DNA of 64,000 nucleotides, taken from NCBI GenBank assembly GCA_040954595.2, contig CM082579.2, positions 4,701,227-4,765,226 of the forward strand, given 5' to 3'. Made by a program: the position numbers and the translations under genes. Below the pieces are notes generated by a model that was not told where the DNA came from, ran no database searches, and saw only the letters and a list, made by a program, of their open reading frames with translations. This stretch comes from Balanoglossus misakiensis. Taxonomy: Eukaryota; Animalia; Hemichordata. This document shows, in pieces, positions 1 through 26,000 of this stretch. Each line of letters opens with the position of its first letter. The first letter of the stretch is position 1.

Positions 1-25
1 TCCAAGTGCAACTCCCAAATCTCAC

Positions 26-2635
26 CTTTGTATCCTTCTTTGCTTGTTCATCGCTCGCTACAAAACCGTTCATTTCCACATCATCTTTCTTGTCCGCTCC
101 ATTCACGAGCTGTTCCTGCTCCACCGTGGTGCCTTCGTATACCTCTTTCTTTGGCTTTGCCTTAACCGAGCCATTGTCCTCGCTTCTCTCCACTTTTCCA
201 GGAGGGGTTTCCCCAAGGATTTTATACTTGCTGTCGATTATCAACAACATAGCTTTGACACTGTAGAGATAAAGCATGTGGAGAGAAGGGACAGTGAAAT
301 TAAGAACATGTACAAGTACTATATCTGAAGGGAGTTACAAGAACCTCCAAATAACATATACCAAATGTAATACATGTCCAAACCGGAAACAACAATACTA
401 CATGTACAATAGAAAATTCTCTGAAACAAATGTTAATCATGTGTGTATTAAACCATTTATTAGTATAGTATGAATTAATAAAGGACTCGCTCTCTAAAAC
501 TACTGTATTTTTTCAACCTCTACAGATGGAACAACAAAAGGCTGCTCTTTAGAAAGAGTTTATCAATGTAAATCAGCAAGCGTTGCCATCCCAACAATCT
601 ACTGATTTCCTCGGTCAAAGGTCACCACTATTACTGTACCAGCAGAAATAACTAAACTATCAGTAGGACTAACATAATTTTTTTCTCTAATGAGGTCAGA
701 ATGATACGATGATGACCATCACAATTAGATATCAGATCCCAAATGCAGAAATGTTTTGAAAAAAACATAACTAACGGATATCTCCGGTGGAAAAATAGTC
801 TCACAGTGAATATTCTTTCAGAGATTGAATGATTCATTTGTTGTATAATTAACAAACCACACAGGCAGGTTCTGTTGTGGGTACAACAAGGAAAACACAA
901 TACAAAATGCATTGTGCCATTAGAATACAGAGTTATGTAACACTGAATTCGCGCTTTGAACGCACTTGTCGAATGTTCTGTGTTAACACTTACATTCATA
1001 TACCGGACCCACTGTCTTGTCCCTTGATAAACTGCACCAGCATTTGCATACACGAACATGTGCACTTTAATTATCCCACTGTTTGTATTGCGTGGTACCA
1101 AACCCCAGGTCACACGTATGTGTGAAAGAATATCAGAACTAGTGGTGCGTTCTCAAGTAAAAAATACAGACTAATGCTCACCTTAATATTCCAATACACG
1201 TCATTATAATAACTCCTTCTATCACACCAGCCTATAAGAGACAATGGTTATACGATTTTAGTTTGTTCTGAAAATTTCAATTATTTTTTTCTTATTGAAA
1301 TACTTGACATCAATCAATTGAACAAATTAACGATTAAGAGTCAAGCACCAGATCTATATAAATACACTGTTAGAATGCTTGAGTTGAATGTCTGTGGTAA
1401 AATCTATACGGGCAATCAATGAGTTTCCAATGCACCATTTCCATTGTTTTCACTTCCATGTTTATTTCATGTTACAAGAATTGACGCTGGCAGTTCTCGG
1501 GCTAGTCTAATCATCTAGTCAGCATTGACTAGATGATTGTTAACATAATATGTGTATATTTTAAAGGGAATTGTCATTATAATATACAGGAACATTTACT
1601 TAAAATCAATTTCACCAATCAATATCGCTAGGATATGTTACTTGTAATAAATATCTGATAAGCAAACAATAATACATTGCCGATAAATTATACTGTAAAT
1701 ACACCAGTCTAACACTACATGATTATTTTCGCTGGTTCTCAGATGAGTCATCTTAAAATTTTCTCACCGCATCATTTAGCCAGTAACACTAACACAAAGC
1801 ACAGTACATGTACTGTCACGCAGTGCTAAGTATATCAGGGAAAAGTTTCTAAAAAGGGACAGTCTGAAATATGTAATTCCTCTGATAACATATGTTTCGG
1901 ATTCGATTCATGAACAGCTTGTACCAATACCCTAGCACAATTTCTGACCAGTTACCTTGGTAACACAGGGATAAAGAGCTTGAAATGTCACACAATACTA
2001 GTAAATGTCATACACTAGACTAAATGTATTTAAGATTATTACTGGCAGAATTCACACCAGCACACACTATACTTAGTACACAGTAATCACTGTAACTAAT
2101 ACTATCAATAAATTTTACTCTTTCAAATACCAGCTTTGGTTTGACCCTACAGTATTACTTACAAGACTATCACTAGAATTATACCAACTTTCCAGTTCTT
2201 GACAATGTCAATAATTTTACATCACCTCAACGATCCATATCAAACGATCTCTACCACAAAGATTCCTCTGGGTCCAATTGCTGCTCTTAAAATATATTCT
2301 TGCTCACGTGAACTTGCACATAAGAGCAAAAATAAGTATTTTGACAAAATATATGAAAGCTAGTACAGATGGCGAACCCATCAATGGCCACTCCACAACA
2401 CGTCATTGCACCCAACCAGTTTTCGTCGTTTCTAAATGTAGTTGGTTGCAATTGACGAAATCGATGTACAGCCTACAGAATGACCAAACGACAGGACCGG
2501 TTTAATGTTTCTAGTTTATGAGTACTTTACCTCTCTGAAGGCATACGGAAGTCCTAGAACTCCAGCGCCGATGAACGAAATGAAAATGTTGGCGAAAATC
2601 TTCACCGGGCTTTGCGCCCCTCCGCCGTCGTGCAT
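26..2635 (-). CDS. Amino-acid transporter, Aa_trans/AAAP family (SLC36/AVT3/ANT1-like); 5' part, continues off the left edge
   Basis: Exons 2635-2531 (MHDGGGAQSPVKIFANIFISFIGAGVLGLPYAFRE), 1231-1182 (AGVIEGVIIMTCIGIL) and 260-26 (SVKAMLLIIDSKYK...) join in frame with GT-AG ends. The IGAGVLGLPYAF TM1 motif is typical of the family. Confidence 0.85.
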
Positions 2636-2893
2636 CTCGATACCGTTCGGAAATTCTCCGGTATAACAGGCAGTCTTTGTGGAAACCGAATAACTACTTG
2701 ATCCGTTGTCTAATTAATGGTAGAAGCGGAGAACGAAGAAACGCAAAAGAAACCTGCAACGTGGCCGATATAAGCTGTACCAAGTTACTTTACTTCACTG
2801 ACATGTATGTATGTTGATATGTGCGTAACCGGAAGTGTAATCTGCAAGGAAAAGGCAATTGACCTTTAACCTTTCAATGAACTTTGGGAAAAC
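2636..2893. promoter_or_regulatory. Bidirectional promoter between the transporter and AGK
   Basis: Start codons face away from each other about 260 bp apart. Contains ETS-like CCGGAAGTG (~2829), a DR1-like TGACCTTTAACCT (~2860) and a YY1-like AACATGGCGGC overlapping the AGK ATG. Confidence 0.6.
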
Positions 2894-3172
2894 ATGGCGG
2901 CCGTCTTGAAAGTTTTCAGGACGATCCGCACGCACTGGAAGAAGTCGATATTCTTCAGTGTTGCCATATCTTATGGGGCGTACTACTTTACTGATAGATA
3001 CAGGTAATGTGTTCGAGCTCCAGTGTGTAAGTAGTGTGCATGCGCCTCACGATCGCGATGTTTAGAGTATTTCATCGGCGGGGCGGGGTCCACGTGCTGT
3101 TTCCATCCAGAGAACCGATTGACATGACTTGCGCCCCCTGTGTAGATTTGCCCATATCTAATCATCATCATT

Positions 3173-3245
<73 letters not shown>

Positions 3246-3281
3246 CCATTGTATGTACATGTACAACGACAACAACAATAT

Positions 3282-3346
<65 letters not shown>

Positions 3347-6274
3347 ATGTACTTGTCTTTGCAGATCAAATCTTATCAGGAGAGCCCTCTGTGAAGAAGC
3401 ATTGGTAAGTTGGTTTTGTCAAGTCACGCCTTAAGGTTTAGAACTTTCGGTCTATCCCAAAATCTTTTCAGTGTTGCACTAGCTGTGAACACATTTTATA
3501 TCATGAAGCACTAAATTTTTAGCAGACAAGATGAAATCATGTGTTTTCAATTGACTTGAACTGGTATATCGCAATTAGTAGATTTAGTATTACAGTGCCC
3601 ATTTTCACCAGTGTTGTTTTCTTTGCGACCCACTATTTAGAAATATGGCAATGTAACAATTTCACCAATCCTCAAACCAAAGAAGGTTTTCGTTGTGCTG
3701 AATCCAGCAGCAAAGAAAGGGTAGGTACACATACGCTTACAGCTTAAACTCCTTTGCTCATCACCAGCCAAGGCAAAAACAATCAGGTGTGTGGGAGAAC
3801 TGCCAACCGGGAAAATATTGCTCGACCAACACCTTCGTGTTTTTGACAGACTTGATTGTACAGAGATCATACATTCCTTGAAAGTCTGGGAAATGTTTAA
3901 AGTCATAATGCTCTGGAAGATTTTCTTGGAGAAACTAATTGAGATTTGATGTTATACTTTACTCAGGAAAGCCTTCAAGTTGTTTCAACAGAATGCTGCT
4001 CCCATGTTGCATCTCGCTGGCATCAGTGTGGAGGTCTACCAGGTGAGAGAGAAAAGCGCCCCTGTGTGGTCAAGTGATGGGAATGTGTTGCTTCAGAAAA
4101 TGCCAATTTGTCCGTCGGCTACAATGAAATTCCTTTGAAAGCGTTCTGTATTTGTTGGACATAGTTAATGAAAAGGAACACACGTTCACCATAACAAAAG
4201 TATCAAATCATATTCTGTGTTTTAATTGCAGACAGACGATGAGGGCGACGCAAAGGAGAAGATGCAGTACCTGGATGACGTCGATGCCATTATCGTGGTC
4301 GGGGGCGACGGCACTCTGTCAGAGGTGGTGACAGGGTTGCTTCGGAGGGATGATTATGAAACTGTCTGCAAGTGGCCTATAGGCGTTATCCCTGCTGGAC
4401 ACACCAACACACTGGCGAGAGTTCTGTATTCAGATTCAGAATCCGTGGTCAGGTGGATGGGAGGAGCCACTCTGTCAATCATCAAAGGCTGGGTCAAACC
4501 GTTGCATGTCATGAGGATAGAGGTACGTGTGTCAAACATACTTATGTGGCAATTGGAGGCCACCTTTTAATGCAAAGAGAGAATGAAACAGAAAATGCAT
4601 GTACTAAGAATTTTGTTTCTGATTTGTCCATTTTGATGTAACTATAGGGAGAAGGTGGTAAGGTTGTTTATGCAATGAATAGTATACAGTGGGGCCAGTA
4701 CACGGATACCAAGGAACAAACGCAAAAGTAAGTTCGACTATTTACTTTGACAATCATCAGATAAAAGACAGTCAGGTGACATTACAGGAAATTTACTAAT
4801 GTTTTGATGCCATTTAACAGCACTATTTTGCTTACTAATACTAGAATGGGTTTGTATATTATATATGTCAAAACACTGTCTTCATGCGTTTATTTTAGAC
4901 TATTCTTTGCTTTCACAGGTACAAATACTTTGGTCCACTGAAGCACAGAGTAGCATATTTATTCAAAACACTAAAGGTAAGTTGAAATGTCAGTACATAT
5001 TGTTAGGTGTGGATCAAGAAATGAGTGTTTGAGAGACATGGAGTAGAATTGATGTGGTGGTGTTCTCTAGTGTAGGAATAGTTTTTGTCACTTGACATGT
5101 TGAATTTACAAATTTGACCAAGTGTCTTACTAGACTTGGTTTTGTAAATCCAATACAGGGATGGCCACCGTTGAGCAAAGGAGACCTGTCCTACACTCCT
5201 GCATGTGACGGCTGCAATCAATGTAAGGAACCAGTAGTCCCTCCGAAGGTGACGTTCTGGACGTGGTTGGTCTCTTGGATTAGAAAACCTGTGAAAGAAG
5301 GTAAGCGATAGGTATATCACATCGTGAGTCAAAGCACCCTAATTTACAGATACAGCCTTGAATCACCATCACATATATTGTAAACAGCCAGTTTCCACAA
5401 GATGGTACAAGCATTGATGTTTTGTTTTCCAGAAGTGAAAGACTATTCTCAGATTTTCAATGCAGAGTGCGGGCTTTGGCACGACATGAAAATATCTGCT
5501 GTAGAATTCACTGCCACTACATCAAATATAACCCCCGAGTCTCAGGTAAGTTGATAAGACTTAGTTACACTTGACAGTTGTCACAAAAATGTGCGATGAA
5601 TGCATTTTCAAAGTTATTGGGGTGGTACCAACTAAAGAGTTACTCTTTTGTGTACATTTTTCTACCACTAGGACAAGGAGGAAGTCAGAATTAAAATAGG
5701 TCCTGATGACGTCACCAAAAATGATTTTATCAAGGAAGGGTATGTAGATTGCTTTTCGTTAGCCATCCATTAGTAGTCTATGGTCACTCCTCACTGAAAA
5801 AAGTCTGATATATCTCATCAACGCTAGATCATAGTTCACCTTTCCCAGTGTTTGTTATTCAGATCCTGATTTTACCATTAACAACTCTAGTAACCAAGGC
5901 AACATTTTCCACTTCAGATGGACCAGAATAAAGGAGAAAAGCATTATTGAGACTCAAGAGAGATCAGAAGGAGAACACATTTGTGCCAAAGAGTTCAAAC
6001 TCACACCATCGGAAACAGAAGTAAGTTATTCATCATCAAGATGGTAATGTAATATTGTTCACAGATGTGAATGAGAAAAAACTTGTCTTTCGAAAAAAAG
6101 AATTCTAACTACATCCTACCCAGATTGATTACTTTTGTTCTATTTTACTTTAAACAGGGTCAAGATTCCTTTTTCTTCATCGACAATGAGAAGTTCGAAA
6201 CCATGCCAGTCCACATCAAACTACAGCCGAGGAAGCTTCAATTCTACTACAACAATACAGCAGTACAGTCATGA
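2894..6274 (+). CDS. AGK: Acylglycerol kinase, mitochondrial (12 coding exons)
   Basis: Approximate exons: 2894-3003, 3365-3404, 3641-3720, 3967-4042, 4232-4522, 4648-4727, 4919-4976, 5159-5300, 5432-5545, 5672-5739, 5918-6020, 6158-6274. Motifs RTHWKKS, LNPAAKKGKA, NAAPMLHLAG, VGGDGTLSEVVTGLLRR, PIGVIPAG and FFIDNEKFETMPVHIKLQPRKLQF match AGK. AATAAA at ~6451. Confidence 0.93.
3161..3342. repeat. Inverted microsatellite pair (CAT)n ... (GAT)n in AGK intron 1
   Basis: (CAT)n at ~3161-3245 and (GAT)n at ~3282-3342 are reverse complements separated by ~36 nt. Confidence 0.95.
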
Positions 6275-7693
6275 TATTCTCTGGGCCCAATCCGTGTTAA
6301 AGCGTTTTGAAACCACGAGTTTTAAAACAAGCACATTTTCAGAGATGAGAGTTAAGCTTCAGTAATGCCTGCCGTATTTCAAACGTTTTTGTACATACAA
6401 TGTTTTCGTTCATTTATTCATTTTATGATTGCTGCTACATGTACATGTTAAATAAAATGTATAGTGAACTGTCAGATGCACGCGTGTTTGTGGCCTTCCT
6501 TTTTTGATATATCGTGGTCCAATGAACTACGAGTGGACAGCCTTCAAACATTTTTAAAATCATATTTCCTTTGAGAGACTTCACTCTTAATCCCAGCTTT
6601 AATCATAGAATTGACAAGACTCGCCAAATAAGGACGTTTGATCATTTACATAGTTTATTGTGTACCATATTTTACATGAAACGCATTTACTAGTATTTAA
6701 ATGCGTGTGCAGAAAGCTGGAATAAATTTGGTAAAAAAGAAGGTTCTATTACGACTTTTTTAACAATCTTATCCTTCACCGATTTGATGTGTTGTCAGAC
6801 ATCAAGAAGACTTCGCGAACGAAATTCTGGTTACTGTGCCTATCATGAGATTCTCTGCATACAATAGAATGAGCGAGTAACGCGGTATACGCAGACACAT
6901 TCATCAAGAGATGCAGAAACACTTTTCCCCACATTCAGAAATCAGAATGGGGCAAGCAACCCTACTATTTAAAATACCTTCCCGGAGCAGTACGGAAAAA
7001 ATAATGAAACCAGAAATGAAATACCCCTATTTCTTCAAAAGATGAAACTAATAAAACTGTTGCAAGAAATAAGTACCGAAAGAATTTTTTTTCTAAAAAG
7101 AAATAAGGAAACTTGTATATTTCAGTAAATTATTTAAAACTTAAGTAAGAACAAATTTCCCTTCAATACATACGTTTAAGTAGTTTTGACTTTAATTTCT
7201 TAAAAACAAATCAACAATGTTCGGTGTTTTTTCCTGAAATGGACAAGTGAAGGTTTGCAATGCATTGGGTATGCCGGATATAAGAAACCAGAGGACTGTA
7301 ACTGCTTACGGAAACGTTTTTATTTTACTAATACGTGTACCCGTATGATGTATTGTCCACGATCACATCTACCCAGTCAGGTAGATGGGGAAAGTGGTCC
7401 AACATGGAGGGGGTGATTGAATTTTATAGACAGTTCCTGTATAGACAGCATTTTCCTTCCTGTTGAAAAATGGATTCTAAAATTGCAATATGCCACCAGA
7501 GTGAAGTCGACAAAAGATGTGAATTTGGTTTTTTTTAATATAAATGGGAACCCAGCTACATATACATGTACAACAACCCTTGAAATGTCAGTATTAAACA
7601 TCTTTTAACATTGGAAACGGATAAAGTTAGGAGTTCTACTTCGTAGGAAACATCCTCTCTTCCAGGGATGGTATTTACTAGGAAGCAGGATTT

Positions 7694-21214
<13,521 letters not shown>

Positions 21215-23008
21215 TGTTGTCTTTCTCTCAGTCAACGTTGCCCAGTCTGAGACCTGCGGACGAAGCTCACACTGATAAAGAAGGCGAGATTCTCTGCACG
21301 GACGACACCACGGATATCCCACAGTGCATAGCGGGTGGCGACAGGTGGGCGTGGTCCTATGCAGAGAAGACACGTCATATATTCAAAGTTGATTGTTTCT
21401 CGTCTGCGTTCATCAACATTCTTGAATAGTGGTATCTAATTTATGTTCAGCCTCTTGCGCGTTCATTGTGTTGCTCAGCGCTTAACTTTCACTTGCAAAT
21501 TCCAAGAAGGCTCGGATGAGAGAACACGATAAAAGAAAATGACGTCAGAGTCCCAGTAAAACTGCGCACAAAGCGAGGAAACGGGGCGCGATTGGCGTCC
21601 AACGCGATTGTTGTGGAGAGATAACAATTCAATATCGCGGTCGTTGAACGCAAGTAATGGAACCTGTTTTAGCATAATGAACGTGGGAAGTGGTCCCAAC
21701 AATGACTAAATCACAGCTCCCAAATGATTAAGGGATTGTGCGCTGCTGGATGCCACAGCGGTTTTCGATCGATCACTTGTTTAGAATCTCCATGCATTCA
21801 CGTGTACCTATAGTTTTCGCGCACACATCTGAAGACGGCAACGGTGCCTCGCCCTGGAATTCCTACCCCCTCATCGAAAGCCGTTGTTTCCAATAAAAGA
21901 ATTCCAAATATATGTTCAACCCCAATATGTTGTGCCAACAAAGCGCCGATGCCTGGGAAGATTTACTGAGCACGTCAATATATTTCCAGGTGCCAGACGA
22001 CACATTTTTTCATTTGTAAAGTACACATGTACATGTAAACTGTTCAGGACACCATCTTTGCCAACCGCTGTCCACTCAACATTTCAGCCGCAGTGACCCA
22101 AGTTATGATGTCAGAAAGAGCCCAGCTTAAAGATATGTAATTTGGCTGTGATCATTTTCTAAAATAAAGAAAAAAACTCATTCTGATGGAGGGTACAAAC
22201 GAGATAAACAATCGGTCAGATTGCACCGCACAGATTCGCACATTAGATGTTTTTTTTACATTGCGGGGTCTTTAGAAGAGGAACAGTTTCTTAGCCTTTG
22301 TGAATGCATTGTCACCATTGTACAGTTACAGCCATGGACAGCTTTGAAAGAGATAATAAGTCTTGTGTTGGTTTTGCGAAGAAACATACATTACGCAACT
22401 ACGAGCTGGCTGTCTGTGCATGCATTCAAACCAGTAACTATACATGCAGACATAGACAACAAGAATTTCTCAACAACATCAAGTACTGTGAGTTGCGATG
22501 ACGTCTTCACACTACGTCACATCGTAAGCCGTCACCAAAGCAAAGCTATGCGGCCATTGTTTCCCACAATTGTCCCGTAAATTTAAAATACATTCGCGCC
22601 ATCGCGTCAAGTTGTTAAATGAAGCCTCGATTCCTTACATGTCAGAAGTTGATGGTAAATTAGTCGCCATGGCAACACATTGGGCAAGCGCAGAGATTGT
22701 GTATTTGCTCACTCTCGGAAATGATGTCTGTGTGTCGTTTACGGTCGGTGATTGCGTAAACCACAAACGGATCAAATGATAGCGGTAAGTAATCACACAT
22801 ATGTTCCAATGACATGTTTATTGTTTTATTATGGCATTATTAATTTAATAACAGTAAAGCATAGTGAAAAAAGCGAGCGCAGTAGAATAACGAGTTTACT
22901 TATGGGATGAACAATATAATGAATGTTGTATAATGACGTATAGTACTTTAGAGAATGATATCTCAACGATTTAGAAGGCCCTGCGGGAAGGCTAGTCATC
23001 ACCCATGC

Positions 23009-26000
23009 CTACACCCCGGGGGGAACCACGCCGTTACTCGCGTTTCTGAGCCAGTCGTAGTAGTTTCTCACAACAGTGTATATACCGGGGGAGTTGACTT
23101 CGGCGCAACCAATACCCCAGCTGACCACTCCGACTAAATACCATCTGCCAGGATCTTCAGACGATGAACCATGCATGCATACGAGTGGCCCGCCAGAATC
23201 GCCCTGCAAAACGTCAAGACTGTATTCAGTGGGGCATTTTTGAAAATGTGTCTTTTTAGTGTGTGTTGTACTTTTTTCAAAACACTGCTGTGTTGGCATG
23301 ACCCCGGTACCTTCGTATCACAATTTGCATATTTCGCCTACTCAGCCAAACATAAAATGATGAATGTAATGTCGTCTTGGCTGATCATAAAAGCTGTTTA
23401 CCGGATTCTTGAATCACACACCTGACATGAATCTATGCCCCCAGCCAAGTATCCGGCACACATCATGTTGTCCGAGATCTCGTGAGGAGCGAGAGTGGCT
23501 CTGCAGACATCGTGGGACATCAGGGGGACCAGCGCTTCTTGCAATACCTCGTCGGAGACAAGATAATCACCTGTTAAGTTGAAGGGAAATGCTAATTATT
23601 ACCGCGACTGTGTTTGCTTTCCAGAGGACTGGTGTCAGGCTATTTTTCAGCAACCAATGCTACCAGTTCGTGAGAGTGCACCTCTACCTGCTTTGAAAGG
23701 AGCGAGTGCAGCCAAGCGAGACACGGTGCCGAACATTGTAACCGCATGAGATATGAATACGTCTTACCGGAGAGGGAGCCCCAACCTGTCACGAAGCAGT
23801 ACGAGCTTTCATTCAAGTGTACACGGCCCTCGTCGTCCAGGCATGCGTAGTTGATGTAGTCGGTGACCGGTGCCTCTCCATCGAGCTCCAGTAAGGCGAT
23901 GTCATTGTCCAGTTCTATGTCTTGGTTGTAGTTCTCGTGCACTGTTATAGACTTGATGGCGAACTCCATGGGGGCCTCGTCGCCCGTGGTCGTGTCCCGA
24001 TCCGTCCAGTACTTGCCCAGAATGACCACCCACGTTTCCTTGTCAGCAGCTCTGCGGTAAGCAAGCATTGCATGGGTGGAAACATTTATTCATTTGAAAT
24101 CGCCACCACCACAGACACCACAACCCCAACCTCCACTACTATGCTGCAATCAGAACCTTTTAAAGACAATCTCATATGTAACATGCTGCTTTCAGTTTCT
24201 CAAAACCCGTCAGAATTTGGGGACGTGTATTCAAGGATATAGACGTTTGCACTTACTCGCCCTCAAAGCAATGGGCAGCTGACACTACATGCCTTGGTCC
24301 CACAAGTGTGCCACCGCAGTACACGTCATCACCCGGGATGTAGAATAGCATCACTTGCCAAGGCCATTCTTTGGGAAGTGCGTCTTCCCCTCCAACTATA
24401 CGTGGTTGTGGTTGAACTTTGCGTGTTCCACATCCGGTGGCTGAAAAGAATCGAAAGGTTATTCCAGAGTGCTTTAACTATCTATCTATTAATCCAGATC
24501 AATTTATCTGTCTGTCGGTCAGACATACAGACTGACTGACAAACAAACAGACACAAAAACGAATAAATAAACAAATAAACACAACACATAAATAAACAAA
24601 AATACACCTCTTACTTGCTTCAGGATAGCATCTTTGCAAATGACAAAGTTTATACTCAGTCGACTCGCCAGTACACCCGTCATCATCTGCATTGAGGCAA
24701 TGACGAGAACGCGAGTGTTCACCAGTACCACAGTCCACATTGCAATTTCCCCAATCACTCCATTCAGACCAGCCAGTACCCCCTAGAGCATAACAACATG
24801 GGTTTCCATCAAAATAAAATAGTCGTTAATCGCACATTAGAAAGCTGTGAAATATAGGCCTACCACAAGCGGCTGGATATCCTTGAGAAATGACAGAAGA
24901 AGTTAAAGATCGACGCTGATCTGTTCATCACAGTCTCGGACAAGATAATTTGGCAACAAGCACAAAGGTGGCGAGGGGTCAGGAATGGTGTAGGTTTATA
25001 CCCAATAGTGCTTCCACTTACCGTCGCAGTTATCTTCGTCGGAGCCGTCACTGCAGTCCGGGTAGCCGTCGCATTCAAATGCACCGGGGAAGCAGCTTCC
25101 GTCTGCACAGGTAAACTCATCGGCTCGGCACGCTGTAGTGAGTATCATGATAGGCCAAAATTTAAACATGTGTGTATAAAATATCCTAACAAGGACTGTT
25201 GTGTACAACACATTTACCCATTTTGGCGCGACGAGAATGATTTAATTAGTCTGCTCACTTCCAACGCCACAGTCCTCTTCGTCGTCTTCGTCAGAACAAT
25301 CAACGAAACCATCACACAGCCATGTTGTTGGGATGCAGACTCCGTCGTTGCACGGCAATTCGCCACTAGGACACCCCGCTTCATCTGTAGATGGTGCTGC
25401 AGAAAGATCAACGAAAATCGGTTTTAACCGACTCGATAAACTTGGTCTGGTATCATTGGTCAGCTCAGTGATTTTTAACGTATCGTTTGGATGTTTTGGG
25501 TCACTGCTACTTACGAATAGGTGTGGTAGGCTGAGCACACCCAAACTCATCAGAGGCATCGGCACAGTCATCTTCGCCATCACATTGCCAAGAGCCATAA
25601 ATACAAGTGTCGTCGCCACATTGAAACTGGGTATCTAAACAAACTGTGGAAGCATATAGGTGTATGTTAGCAGAAACTGAATAAGGCATGGAAAAGAATG
25701 TGTGTTTCTGGTAACCCGAATTATCCAAGTTCAAATTAACAATTCCGACATGTCGGCGGTCGAAATAAGCGGCCTTTCTACATAGTGTTGAGGTTGTACG
25801 CGCGATAAAACTCTATATTACCTTGACATCACAAGGCTGCCCTCCTACAACCCAAATTACAGTCGCAAGCTTATGCCAACTACATTGCCTTTCCAACTAT
25901 CATACTCACTGGAGGGCGTTGCACAGCCAACTTCATCGGAGCCATCGGCACAGTCGTCTTCGCCATCACACTGCCAAGAGTCGTAGATACAAGTACCGTC

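Noticed and set aside
652-1125. 153-aa and 82-aa ORFs
   Set aside because: Intronic in the transporter gene, AT-rich, with no domain-like features.
1509-1538. 13-bp hairpin AATCATCTAGTCA/TGACTAGATGATT
   Set aside because: Short intronic palindrome with no other supporting features.
2983-3408. ORFs with poly-His/poly-Asp or poly-Ile/poly-Met
   Set aside because: Translations of intronic (CAT)n/(GAT)n microsatellites within AGK intron 1.
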